Part shown: piece after piece, positions 26,121-35,065 of the stretch
How positions within the stretch are numbered: position 1 is the stretch's first letter
Layout of the letters: each line of letters opens with the position of its first letter
Virus record (IMG/VR): IMGVR_UViG_3300050120_000237
Span: 1,836 to 65,835 of that record
Reading direction: 5' to 3' (one strand)
Source of the DNA: a virus
Taxonomy: Duplodnaviria > Caudoviricetes
Length of the DNA stretch: 64,000 nucleotides
Notes under the pieces: generated by a model
Seen by the model: only the letters and a program-made list of their open reading frames with translations
Database searches by the model: none
Told to the model about the DNA's origin: nothing
Translations under genes and position numbers: made by a program

Positions 26121-26192
26121 GCCATATCCCACGGTTTTTGGGGTGTCAACAAAGTTGATTTTGTTGACAGCCCACACGACGCACCCTATTTT
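26121..26192. promoter_or_regulatory. Back-to-back divergent sigma70 promoters
   Basis: Minus: TTGACA-17-TATGGC; plus: TTGACA-17-TATTTT; perfect inverted repeat TGTCAACAAA-N6-TTTGTTGACA (26144-26169). Confidence 0.75.
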
Positions 26193-26246
26193 TACCCCAT
26201 CATTCCACCTGGCATCCCGCCCGTCTTTGGAGAGAATGAGGACCAC

Positions 26247-26423
26247 ATGCCAAACACCCCCCCGAACAAAGCCGCCATAATCCGCAAAGCAGCGGTGGCG
26301 CTTTCCGCTGAATACACCGCGCAGGGCATCGCCCCCGCCGTCGTCCTGACCCTCGCAGAAGTCGCCGAACTGCCCAGCGATGCGCTGGTCCGTTTCTTCG
26401 ACCTTATCCATGGGGAGGGCTGA
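26247..26423 (+). CDS. Hypothetical protein
   Basis: Manual ORF MPNTPPNKAA..., GAGGA RBS. Confidence 0.55.
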   Translation: MPNTPPNKAAIIRKAAVALSAEYTAQGIAPAVVLTLAEVAELPSDALVRFFDLIHGEG

Positions 26424-26426
26424 AAC

Positions 26427-26903
26427 ATGGGCCACTATGCCGACGACCTCGAAGGAAGCGACGACAAGGCCCGCGAACGCGCCATCTTGGGGGAAATGGC
26501 GCAAGCCGCCATCCCGCACGACGATGCGGATTGGGGCAGCGAACGGCAGGTTGCCGCGCAGAATGCGTTTTTCAATCGCGTGGAACGCCTGCTGGTCAGC
26601 TATGAGTTCGCCGAACTCGAACACTACTGCAACAAGGCGACCACGGAAGAAATGATCGCCGAAGCGCTGCGCATGGTGGACACGTCGCGCGACGTGCTGC
26701 ACCGCGACCGCTTCAATCTGCCGGACGACGTTATCGAAGACGCGCTGAATGCGGCATGTCTCATTATCCAAAAGCACCTTGGCGTGACCGACGGCGGCGT
26801 TGCCGGTCAGCATTTCAGCGGCAGCGGGCGCGAGAACTTCGAAATCGCACTGCAAGAATATGCCACCACCGAAAAGCACTACGCACCCGAGTTGGAGGAC
26901 TAG
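26427..26903 (+). CDS. Acidic hypothetical protein
   Basis: 158-aa ORF with RBS. Confidence 0.65.
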   Translation: MGHYADDLEGSDDKARERAILGEMAQAAIPHDDADWGSERQVAAQNAFFNRVERLLVSYEFAELEHYCNKATTEEMIAEALRMVDTSRDVLHRDRFNLPDDVIEDALNAACLIIQKHLGVTDGGVAGQHFSGSGRENFEIALQEYATTEKHYAPELED

Positions 26904-26906
26904 GCC

Positions 26907-27410
26907 ATGAACATTGAACTCAAAAACATAAAGCATGCCGAATTTGCCAGCGAGGAAACCGCCTGCTTTTCCGCCACCGTCTACATTGACGGGGAAAAGG
27001 TCGGCGATGTGCACAACGATGGGCGCGGCGGTTGCAACATGTACTCGCCATGGTCGATTGCCGACCGCATCAATGCCTATGCGGTGACGCTGCCCAAGAT
27101 TGTGGACACCGAAATGAAGGGCGAAGACGGCTTGGCGTTTCAATACCAGCCCGACGCCGACACGCTGGTCGACGAACTTCTGACCGCTTGGCTGGTGGCA
27201 AAGGACTTGCGCCGCGCCCTCAAGTCGAAACTGCTTTATGTGAAGCAGGACGGGGTGGTTTACGAAACCAAGCCGAAAAAGCCCCACACCGTGCAAACCT
27301 ACTTGGACGCACACACGGCAGGCAAAATCCCGTGGCTTGCCGGTGCCACCATTCTTAACACCCTGCCGGAAGCAGACGCGCTGGCGCTGTACCGGAAGGC
27401 AGGCGCATGA
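26907..27410 (+). CDS. Conserved phage hypothetical protein
   Basis: ELKNIKH....SEET.CFSATVYIDG....VHNDGRGG motif. Confidence 0.7.
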   Translation: MNIELKNIKHAEFASEETACFSATVYIDGEKVGDVHNDGRGGCNMYSPWSIADRINAYAVTLPKIVDTEMKGEDGLAFQYQPDADTLVDELLTAWLVAKDLRRALKSKLLYVKQDGVVYETKPKKPHTVQTYLDAHTAGKIPWLAGATILNTLPEADALALYRKAGA

Positions 27411-27787
27411 CACCCGCGTCCGAAATCGACACGACCGGATTTTCCACGCCTGCGGTTATTGGTGCGGAGTTCGCGCGGGTGCTGCGCGAGTGGATCAATA
27501 ACCCACGCCTTTGGGACGGGGAATATGCGCACTGCAAGACACCTGAACAGGCATGGGCGAAAATGTGCGCCGACAATGCCGCCGACCCTAACCGCAACGC
27601 CGAACAGGATTGGTGCGACGCGAACATGGCGATGGACGAAGCTATGCGAAACCTTGGCATGGGCGCGGCGCTTGACCACCCCATGTGGGCGGAAAATCAA
27701 GCCATGGCAGACCTGTGGAATGCCGCATGGGAATGCGCAAAGCCCGCACTGCGCGGGGAAATCATCACCACCAAGAGGAAGACCTAA
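27407..27787 (+). CDS. Hypothetical protein
   Basis: DWCDANMAMDEA...LWNAAW motif. Confidence 0.65.
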   Translation: MTPASEIDTTGFSTPAVIGAEFARVLREWINNPRLWDGEYAHCKTPEQAWAKMCADNAADPNRNAEQDWCDANMAMDEAMRNLGMGAALDHPMWAENQAMADLWNAAWECAKPALRGEIITTKRKT

Positions 27788-28068
27788 TGCCGTTTATCGC
27801 ATCAGCCACCAACAACAAGACGCGCGTCATTAAGACGTGCGACATGGACACCCTGCCGGAAGCGCAAATCCGTGCGCGCAATCTGGCAATCATCGAATGG
27901 CAGAAGGCACCGGAAGAAAAAGCCGACTGGTCCATGATGGTGACGACACCCGAGGGCGACGTGTGGCGCTTTGTCGTGGTGCCGCCTGCGACCCGCGAGA
28001 CGTGGGTTATGGACACGAAGCCGGCGGCGAAGGCCACCGCCAAGAAAAAGGCCACCCGCAATGCGTGA
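27787..28068 (+). CDS. Hypothetical protein
   Basis: GAGG RBS, coupled. Confidence 0.55.
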   Translation: MPFIASATNNKTRVIKTCDMDTLPEAQIRARNLAIIEWQKAPEEKADWSMMVTTPEGDVWRFVVVPPATRETWVMDTKPAAKATAKKKATRNA

Positions 28069-28498
28069 ACTGCTTTTGAACACAGCCGGGCTTGCGCGCC
28101 TTGGCCGGAACTATGCCGAGTCCGTGCTTTCCAAAGCGGTGGACGGCGGCGAAACCAGCTTGGCGGTCGCCAGTGATCTGCGGATTTCGTGCTGGGCAAT
28201 CGCCACCCGCACTGGTGCGGAAATCGACAACGTGACGCTTTCGCGCGATGGCGACGACCTCGAAATGAACCGTGCCGAAGCGCGGCGCGTCTTCGCCGTG
28301 CTGCATGGCATTGTGTCGACCGAGTATGACGAACCGCTGGAAGCGCCGACGCTGCCACCCACGCCGGACTTTCTGGCGGCGCTGGACTTGCTGCGGCGTG
28401 CGCAAGGGCTGATCGATGCAGCCCCGGGCGAAATGACGGACGCTTTTGCGTCTGACACCGACGCCTTTCTTGGCCGCTTCCCCAAAGGTGCCGCATGA
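28061..28498 (+). CDS. Hypothetical protein
   Basis: MRELLLN..., overlaps upstream stop. Confidence 0.55.
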   Translation: MRELLLNTAGLARLGRNYAESVLSKAVDGGETSLAVASDLRISCWAIATRTGAEIDNVTLSRDGDDLEMNRAEARRVFAVLHGIVSTEYDEPLEAPTLPPTPDFLAALDLLRRAQGLIDAAPGEMTDAFASDTDAFLGRFPKGAA

Positions 28499-28815
28499 TT
28501 TTGCGCACCAGCGTTGAAGTGGAAATCGCGGGCGCCGATATCAGCGTGGCGTTCGAGTTCGAATATGTGGCGGGCTGCCCAGAACAGGGGCCCAGTCATG
28601 GCAGCGGCGGCGAACCTGCGACCGCTGCGGAAATCAGCATCACCAAGGCAACGCTTAACGTGCCGGAAGGCGGCAAGCTGGTGGACGTGCCCGCGCCCGG
28701 GTGGCTGGTGCGGCTGTTCGAGGAAAACAGCCACATAATGGAAGCGCTGGAAGAACACGCGAACGAAGGGCCAGACCCCGACGACGCGCGCGACCGGCAA
28801 ATAGAAAGGGACTGA
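28495..28815 (+). CDS. Acidic hypothetical protein
   Basis: 106-aa ORF, coupled. Confidence 0.6.
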   Translation: MILRTSVEVEIAGADISVAFEFEYVAGCPEQGPSHGSGGEPATAAEISITKATLNVPEGGKLVDVPAPGWLVRLFEENSHIMEALEEHANEGPDPDDARDRQIERD

Positions 28816-28817
28816 CA

Positions 28818-28949
28818 ATGAAAGCGTTGCTGCGGTCAATCGGGCGCGACGGCAGGCTTGCACTGGCTTGCGTCACGCTGGGCATGCTGGGCGGCATTAT
28901 GCTGGGCCTGTGTGCTGCCTCCCATTTTTATTGCGCGATGTATCAGTAG
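28818..28949 (+). CDS. Small membrane protein
   Basis: One hydrophobic helix. Confidence 0.45.
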   Translation: MKALLRSIGRDGRLALACVTLGMLGGIMLGLCAASHFYCAMYQ

Positions 28950-28952
28950 ACC

Positions 28953-29924
28953 ATGCCAGACATTGATAAAAAGACGATAAGCGCCACGCAGGTGCCGGCA
29001 CTCTTTGACGCCAGCCCCTACCTGACCAAGTTCATGCTGTACCGCTGGTTCAAGTATGGCGACGAAGTGCACGGCAAAGAACACAACCGCATGGATTGGG
29101 GCACCCGCATGGAGCCCCTTTGTCTCGCGCAAGCTGCGGAAGACCTGTTCTTCGAAGTGATCCCAACGCGCTTGCCCGATGGCACACAGCCCTATGTGCG
29201 CAACGGCCTGCTGGGCTGCACGCGCGATGCGGCGATCATATGCCCAGACCGTGGACCAGGCGCTTTGGAAACCAAAGTTTGCTTCGACAGTATGTCGTGG
29301 ATGCGCGACTGGAACGGCGGCAAGTCTGTGCCGCGCCACATTGAAATACAGCTGCAAATGCAGATGAAAGTCGGCGACGGGGTGACCTCATACAAGTGGG
29401 GCGTCATTTCGGTGTGGTATGGCGGCGAACAGAAATACTTTGAACGCAAGCCGATGCTGGACCTGTGGGCGGCAGCCGACGCAGAAGCCGCCCAGTTCTT
29501 TGCGGACTTGGAAGCCGGCAAAGAACCAGACCCGTTTGGCGCGTCGATAGAGGCACCGCTTATCGCGCACGTCTTCCCGCCGGACGACGCCAAGGTGCTG
29601 GACCTGTCCAAGTTGGAACGCGGCAAAGCAGAACACGCCACGGCGCTGGCCATCGCAGAAGACGTGCGCATGATGGCTTACCACAGCGGCGAACGGCTGG
29701 GCCACGCGCGGGCAGAAAAGGAATTGAAAGCCAAGCTGCTGGCCATCGCAAAGGACAACGGCACGGTGCTGCTGCCCTATGGCATCAATTACAAAGTGAA
29801 GCAGTCGCCGCGCGCGGGCTTCATTGCCAAGCCGACCGTGGCCACTTCGGTGGACCCCTACGTTCCGCAAGACGTGCCGGAAGGCGACCTGACGCAGTTT
29901 TATAACGCAGACCTTGGAGGTTAA
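28953..29924 (+). CDS. YqaJ-like viral recombinase exonuclease
   Basis: ISATQVPAL..SPY.T, WGTRMEP, GCTRD, LETK, P.H..IQLQ.Q. Confidence 0.85.
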   Translation: MPDIDKKTISATQVPALFDASPYLTKFMLYRWFKYGDEVHGKEHNRMDWGTRMEPLCLAQAAEDLFFEVIPTRLPDGTQPYVRNGLLGCTRDAAIICPDRGPGALETKVCFDSMSWMRDWNGGKSVPRHIEIQLQMQMKVGDGVTSYKWGVISVWYGGEQKYFERKPMLDLWAAADAEAAQFFADLEAGKEPDPFGASIEAPLIAHVFPPDDAKVLDLSKLERGKAEHATALAIAEDVRMMAYHSGERLGHARAEKELKAKLLAIAKDNGTVLLPYGINYKVKQSPRAGFIAKPTVATSVDPYVPQDVPEGDLTQFYNADLGG

Positions 29925-29926
29925 GA

Positions 29927-30892
29927 GTGGCCAGCAGCGAACTTGTGATTTTTGAAAACCAGCTAAAGCCGCTTACCCGGCAGTTCGAAGACGTTCTGGC
30001 AGACCGCATGCCGGCGGAACGGCTGATGCGCACGCTGTTTATGGCGTGCGAGAAAACCCCCAAGCTGTTGGATTGCAACCGGCAGTCGCTGATTAACTGC
30101 GGCATGACCTTTGCGGTGCTGGCGCTGGAAACCGACGGCGTGACCGGGCAGGGATACATTCTGCCGTTCAAGCAGCAGGCCCAGCCGGTGGTTGGGTACA
30201 AAGGCTACAACACCATCGGCGCGCGCTCGCGCCTGACCATCACCGGGCAGGTGGTGCGCGAGGGCGACGAGTTCGATTTCCAAATGGGCACCAAGGCGTT
30301 TGTGCACCACAAGCCAGCCTTGGACGATAGCGGCAGGATCATTGCCGCTTGGGCACAGGCCGAAGCCTTCGACCGGCCGCCCATCATTGAAGTGCTGGGC
30401 CTCAAAGCATTGATGGCCGTCAAGGCGAAGTCGCCCGGCGCGCGCATGTCGGACAGCCCTTGGAACGACCCGGCCATTGGCCTGCCTGCGATGTTCGGCA
30501 AGACGGCAAAGCGCCGCCTTGCGCGGTCCACCCCGATGGAATGGGCGCGGCCGGAATTTCAGCAGGCGGCGGCGCTCGACGAAGCGTTCGAGGAAAGGGG
30601 CATGCTGTCCCAGCTTTCGCCCACCAAGGGCCTGATGCTGGAAGGCGTGCCGTCGCCCATCACAAAGCGCGAACCGGGCGAAACCCCGACGATGGACGAC
30701 ATAACGGGCCCCAAGCCGGACCCGGAACTGGAAGAACTGAAAGCCACGGGCAACGAAGCAGCGCAGGGCGGCGAACATGCGCTGGTGTCGTGGTGGAAGT
30801 CATTGACGCCACGCCAGATGCGGATTCCCGGGCTGGACGAATACAAAAACACCACCTTGAAGCCGCTCGCGGTCGAAGCCGACAAAAACTAG
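29927..30892 (+). CDS. recT: RecT-family single-strand annealing protein
   Basis: PKLLDCNRQSL, GYILPF, VGYKG, VREGDEF, MFGKTAKRRL; adjacent to YqaJ. Confidence 0.88.
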   Translation: MASSELVIFENQLKPLTRQFEDVLADRMPAERLMRTLFMACEKTPKLLDCNRQSLINCGMTFAVLALETDGVTGQGYILPFKQQAQPVVGYKGYNTIGARSRLTITGQVVREGDEFDFQMGTKAFVHHKPALDDSGRIIAAWAQAEAFDRPPIIEVLGLKALMAVKAKSPGARMSDSPWNDPAIGLPAMFGKTAKRRLARSTPMEWARPEFQQAAALDEAFEERGMLSQLSPTKGLMLEGVPSPITKREPGETPTMDDITGPKPDPELEELKATGNEAAQGGEHALVSWWKSLTPRQMRIPGLDEYKNTTLKPLAVEADKN

Positions 30893-30919
30893 AAACCACC
30901 CACCACAAGGAAAACTGCA

Positions 30920-32497
30920 ATGCGCGTTCTGAAATTACTTTCCGAAAACATAAAGCGGATTAGCGTGGTCCAAATCACGCCCGAGGGAAACCTTGTGCAA
31001 ATCACCGGCAAGAATGAGGAAGGCAAGTCGTCGGTGCTGGACTCCATATTCATGCTGCTGGGCGGCGCCGACGCCATCCCCGAAATGCCCATCCGCAAGG
31101 GCCACAAGACTGCGCGCATTGAAGGCACGCTGGGCGGCGACGATGGTGTGCACTATATCGCCACCCGCAGCTTCACCGAAAAGGGCAGCTATCTAAAGGT
31201 CGTTGGCGCTGATGGTGCGAAATACGGCAGCCCAGACAAACTGCTGAAAGACCTCATGGGCTCAATTGGCTTCGACCCCATCAGCTTTATGAAATTGAAG
31301 CCCAAGGACAAGTTCGACACGCTGCGCAAGGTCGTGGTGCTGAAAGACAAAGGCGGCAACGATATCGACTTGGCAGCCCTCGCGCGCCGCCGGCAGACCG
31401 CCTTTGACGACCGCACCACCATCAACCGCGACCTTTCCAGCGCCAAGGCGCGCGCCGACGCCATCGTGGTGCCCGATGATCTGCCCGACGAAGAACCCGA
31501 CCGGCAGGCCATCGTGGTGCGTTTGAGCGGTGTCAGCGAACACAACACCGCCATCGCGCGCCTGGTCCGCAACCGCGAAGACGCGGCAAAGACCGTGGTC
31601 GAATGGGAACGTGAAGTGGAAGAACGCAAGGCAGCGCTGAAAGAGGCGCAAGAGGAAATGGACCACGCCACAGAAAAGCTGGCGCACTGGGTGGAAAACA
31701 AGGCCACGGTGGACGCGGTGGAAATCCCAGACCAGCAAGACCCCGCCGCGATCACCGCCGAACTGGCGGCTGCCGACGAAATCGCCGAAGGCTTCCGCTT
31801 GCAGGCGTCTAAAATCACCGTGCTGGCGGAAGTCGATAAGCACCAGCGCCTTTCCGACGAACACACCAAGGCCATCGAGGCAATCGACCAGACCAAGGAA
31901 GCGGCCCTGAAAACCGCAGCCATGCCGATTGAAGGGCTGGCGTTCGCCGACGACCTATTGCTGTTCAACGGCATCCCGCTGGAACAGGCCAACGCCGCCA
32001 CGCAGCTGCGTGTCTCTGCCGCCATCGCCGCCGCCTTGAACCCCAAGCTGCGCGTGATCCTGTGCCGCGACGGGTCGCTGCTGGACAGCAAAAGCCTTGC
32101 CGCGCTGGCCCAGTTTGCCGAGGAAAAGGACATGCAGATTTGGCTGGAACGGGTTGACGAAAGCGGCGAGGTCGGTTTCGTCATGGAAGACGGCCACGTT
32201 AAGGGGCAGGAAGACTTGGTGGCGTCGCATGCCGAAGCCGAAGCCAACGCCCCGGCCACCGGCAGCGACCCCACGGCTGGGGTCACCATGGACCCGGGCG
32301 GCGAAAAGGAAGTGCGCGCCCGCAAGTATCTGGCGTCGATGCTTGCCGCCCTTCCGAAGCAGACCACCGTCGAACAGTTGGAGGTCGGAAACGCGCAGGT
32401 GAAAGTAAAGCTGTCTGGATTCCCGAACCTCATTCAACAGGAATGGGCGCCGTCTTATCTGTCGGCGTTGAAGGCCCTGACCGGGAAGAAGCACTGA
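30920..32497 (+). CDS. Rad50/SMC-like ATPase with coiled coil
   Basis: ENIKRI, ITGKNEEGKSSVLD Walker A, central coiled coil, RVILCRDGSLLD. Confidence 0.85.
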   Translation: MRVLKLLSENIKRISVVQITPEGNLVQITGKNEEGKSSVLDSIFMLLGGADAIPEMPIRKGHKTARIEGTLGGDDGVHYIATRSFTEKGSYLKVVGADGAKYGSPDKLLKDLMGSIGFDPISFMKLKPKDKFDTLRKVVVLKDKGGNDIDLAALARRRQTAFDDRTTINRDLSSAKARADAIVVPDDLPDEEPDRQAIVVRLSGVSEHNTAIARLVRNREDAAKTVVEWEREVEERKAALKEAQEEMDHATEKLAHWVENKATVDAVEIPDQQDPAAITAELAAADEIAEGFRLQASKITVLAEVDKHQRLSDEHTKAIEAIDQTKEAALKTAAMPIEGLAFADDLLLFNGIPLEQANAATQLRVSAAIAAALNPKLRVILCRDGSLLDSKSLAALAQFAEEKDMQIWLERVDESGEVGFVMEDGHVKGQEDLVASHAEAEANAPATGSDPTAGVTMDPGGEKEVRARKYLASMLAALPKQTTVEQLEVGNAQVKVKLSGFPNLIQQEWAPSYLSALKALTGKKH

Positions 32498-32637
32498 TGG
32501 CCAAGGCCATCCCATTGCAGTTGGCCACGGCGTTAATCGTGGCCTCCTATCTGTCAAACCACAAACTGTCCGCGCGGAAGGTGGACCGGCTGATTTTGTC
32601 GGTTCACGCCGCGCTGGCGGAAATCGGGAAGAAATGA
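32497..32637 (+). CDS. MucR/Ros N-terminal domain-only protein (46 aa)
   Basis: LIVASYLSNHKL....VDRLILSVHAAL matches MucR IVSAYVSNN......LI.SVH.AL; no zinc finger. Confidence 0.75.
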   Translation: MAKAIPLQLATALIVASYLSNHKLSARKVDRLILSVHAALAEIGKK

Positions 32638-33047
32638 ACACCGCCATCACATGCCCGTATTGCTCCCGGCCTGCCGCTTTGGTGACCGGCAAGGTGATTT
32701 ATCCGCACCGCAAAGACCTGCACGAAAAAACCTTCTGGGCCTGCATGCCCTGCAAGGCGTGGGTGGGCTGCCATCCCGGCACCGACGTGGCGCTGGGCAG
32801 GCTGGCGAACGAAGAACTGCGCAACGCCAAGCGCGCGGCCCACGCGGCGTTCGACCCGCTGTGGCAGCCGGAAGTGCAGACCGGCAGCAAGAACAAGCGG
32901 CGCAAGATGCGCGACGCCGCTTATGACGCGCTGGCGCGGGTGCTGAATATCCCGCGCGAGGAATGCCACATTGGCATGTTCGACTTGGACCGCTGCACGC
33001 GCACGGTCGAAGCCTGCAAGACCCTGAAACTAGGAACCAAAGGATAG
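32634..33047 (+). CDS. DUF3268-type zinc-finger protein
   Basis: CPYC, C..C.AWVGCH, LGRLAN.ELR, FDPLW, CHIGMFD. Confidence 0.85.
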   Translation: MNTAITCPYCSRPAALVTGKVIYPHRKDLHEKTFWACMPCKAWVGCHPGTDVALGRLANEELRNAKRAAHAAFDPLWQPEVQTGSKNKRRKMRDAAYDALARVLNIPREECHIGMFDLDRCTRTVEACKTLKLGTKG

Positions 33048-33050
33048 GCC

Positions 33051-33512
33051 ATGGCCACCGATAAAAAGACTGCCTTTATCGACATTGTGTTTGCGGACTC
33101 CGACACGCCCGGCGGCGTCGGTCAGTTCGTGGAAATCGACAACCACGAAGGCAAAAGCATATCGCTGCCCGGCGAGTGGGTGACGCGCGGCGATGGATAT
33201 AGCGCCTTGCGCCTGCCGTTGCAGCGCGGCACATGGCCCCTGCGCGAAGCCGGCCCAGCCATCAATGCGCTGCGCACCTGCCAGCGCCAGCTTGACGCCG
33301 ACGGAACCGAAGTTGGCGTGTCCCGGCAGGCGCTGGAAGAAACGCTGGCTGCCTTCAAGGAAGTGCTGCAAGCGATTGACGACGAAGCAGCGGTGCGCAG
33401 GCGCTGGGTGGAAGACTTCAAGGGCAAGCTGAACAGCTTCCTGATGGACGACACCAAGCCGGCAGAACAGCGCCACGGCATCGCCGCATTTCTCGAAACC
33501 TTCGAATTTTAA
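33051..33512 (+). CDS. Hypothetical protein
   Basis: FVEID...GKSI..GEW and QLDADG.EVGVSRQA motifs. Confidence 0.6.
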   Translation: MATDKKTAFIDIVFADSDTPGGVGQFVEIDNHEGKSISLPGEWVTRGDGYSALRLPLQRGTWPLREAGPAINALRTCQRQLDADGTEVGVSRQALEETLAAFKEVLQAIDDEAAVRRRWVEDFKGKLNSFLMDDTKPAEQRHGIAAFLETFEF

Positions 33513-33523
33513 AGGCGGTGGTC

Positions 33524-33745
33524 ATGGACAGAAAAGATTTTGAAATGTCCGCCGCGCAGTTCGCCAAATTGATGGAGGCGTGCAAGCCGCAAATGTACCT
33601 CGTCGCCAATGGAACGGAGCCTGATGTTCGCGGAACCATTTTGAGAGCGTGGGACGCGCTTGGTGACGAAATGGGATTTGTCGGCAGCACGGCTTTGCCA
33701 ATCCCGGGTAAGTCGCATCATTTTTTCACCGCCGTCGAGAAATAG
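33524..33745 (+). CDS. Hypothetical protein
   Basis: AWDALG.EMGF...FFTA motif. Confidence 0.6.
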   Translation: MDRKDFEMSAAQFAKLMEACKPQMYLVANGTEPDVRGTILRAWDALGDEMGFVGSTALPIPGKSHHFFTAVEK

Positions 33746-33756
33746 GAAACACCACC

Positions 33757-34374
33757 ATGTTTAAATATGCCGTCTTTGATACCGAAACGTCCGGCCTGTT
33801 CGACTTTAAGTTGGCTGCCGACCACGAAACGCAGCCCCGCATGTGTTCTTTCGCCATGGCTTTTCTGAACGCCAACCTTGAAGTGGAAAACCACTACAGC
33901 GCGTTGGTGAAGCCGGACGGCTGGGCGCTCGACGACAATTGCGAGGCAGCCCAAAAGAACGGCCTCACGCAAGCGCGCCTGATGGCAGAAGGCGTGCCGG
34001 TCAGGGAAATTCTGGACATGTATAACGCCGCGCTGAATGACGGCCTTATCATGGTGGGGTTCAACGTGTCGTTTGACCTCAAGATGATGCGGGCAGAACT
34101 GCGTCGGGCCGGCCTGCCCGACCGCTTCGACACCACCGCGTCGGTCGATTGCATGCGGCCCCTGACCAATATCTGCAAAATCAAAAAGGCCAGCGGTGGC
34201 GGCTTCAAGTGGCCGAAACTGACGGAAGCCCACCAGTTCCTGTTTGGCGAAGGCTTCGAAGGCGCGCACGGCGCGCTGCCCGACACCCTCGCTGCCGCCC
34301 GTGTGTTCAAGCACATGGTGGCCAACAAGATGCTTTCCGAACAGGCCCTGACCGGCGTGCAGGAAATGCGCTGA
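33757..34374 (+). CDS. DEDDh 3'-5' exonuclease (DnaQ-like)
   Basis: FDTETSGL, GFNVSFD, KWPKL.EA, AHGALPD. Confidence 0.9.
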   Translation: MFKYAVFDTETSGLFDFKLAADHETQPRMCSFAMAFLNANLEVENHYSALVKPDGWALDDNCEAAQKNGLTQARLMAEGVPVREILDMYNAALNDGLIMVGFNVSFDLKMMRAELRRAGLPDRFDTTASVDCMRPLTNICKIKKASGGGFKWPKLTEAHQFLFGEGFEGAHGALPDTLAAARVFKHMVANKMLSEQALTGVQEMR

Positions 34375-34859
34375 TGCTGGGAAAACTCACACCCCCGTGG
34401 CGCTGGCAGACTTTCGGCGACCTGCTGATGCTGGTTACCGATGCTGGCGGCTCCCGCGTCGTGCTTGCCGGCAGCCGGCAGGACGGCACGCTGATGGTCT
34501 GCGATGATACAGGGCGGCTGGTGCCTCTTAAACCGGACCACCCCATCGCGGCTTTCATTGTGGAAGCGTGCAACGGCTGGACGATGGCCAAGCTAACGGC
34601 ATCTGAATATGCCAAGGCCGTTGCGGCATGCGCGATGTTCCAGTCTGGCGGTCGGTGGTCCAGCTTAATGACGGTCAGCGAAAGGACCACCAGCGACGGG
34701 CCAAAGGCGCTTTCGGATTATGCCGAAAAGCTGGAACGCACGCTGGTGGAATTGCTCAAGCAGGTGGACGACCGGGCCGGGCCCGGCGGGCTGGTGGGCA
34801 ACACCCCGCTGTGCCGTGCTGCCGACGACGCCCGCAAGCTGCTACTGGGCGAAGAATGA
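34374..34859 (+). CDS. Hypothetical protein
   Basis: TPPWRW...HPIAAFIVEACN motif. Confidence 0.6.
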   Translation: MLGKLTPPWRWQTFGDLLMLVTDAGGSRVVLAGSRQDGTLMVCDDTGRLVPLKPDHPIAAFIVEACNGWTMAKLTASEYAKAVAACAMFQSGGRWSSLMTVSERTTSDGPKALSDYAEKLERTLVELLKQVDDRAGPGGLVGNTPLCRAADDARKLLLGEE

Positions 34860-35065
34860 AAGCCAAGCCCACACACCGCGCCATCACCAACGCAAAGCTG
34901 GCGGTGCTGCGGGAAGCAAAGGCCCGCATTGGGCGCATTCCATCACTTCGGTTTCCGACCAGGCGGCTGGACGAAGCGGCATGCGCCCAGAACGGCATGA
35001 ACTACAGGGCACGCAAGGTGCTGCTGGAAATGATCGAAGAACTAGAGCGGGGAACGAAGCAGTGA
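34856..35065 (+). CDS. Small basic protein
   Basis: Coupled at both ends. Confidence 0.5.
   Translation: MKAKPTHRAITNAKLAVLREAKARIGRIPSLRFPTRRLDEAACAQNGMNYRARKVLLEMIEELERGTKQ

Noticed and set aside
26109-27413. 434-aa minus-strand ORF across the divergence point
   Set aside because: Antisense to three well-supported plus-strand genes and crosses the promoters
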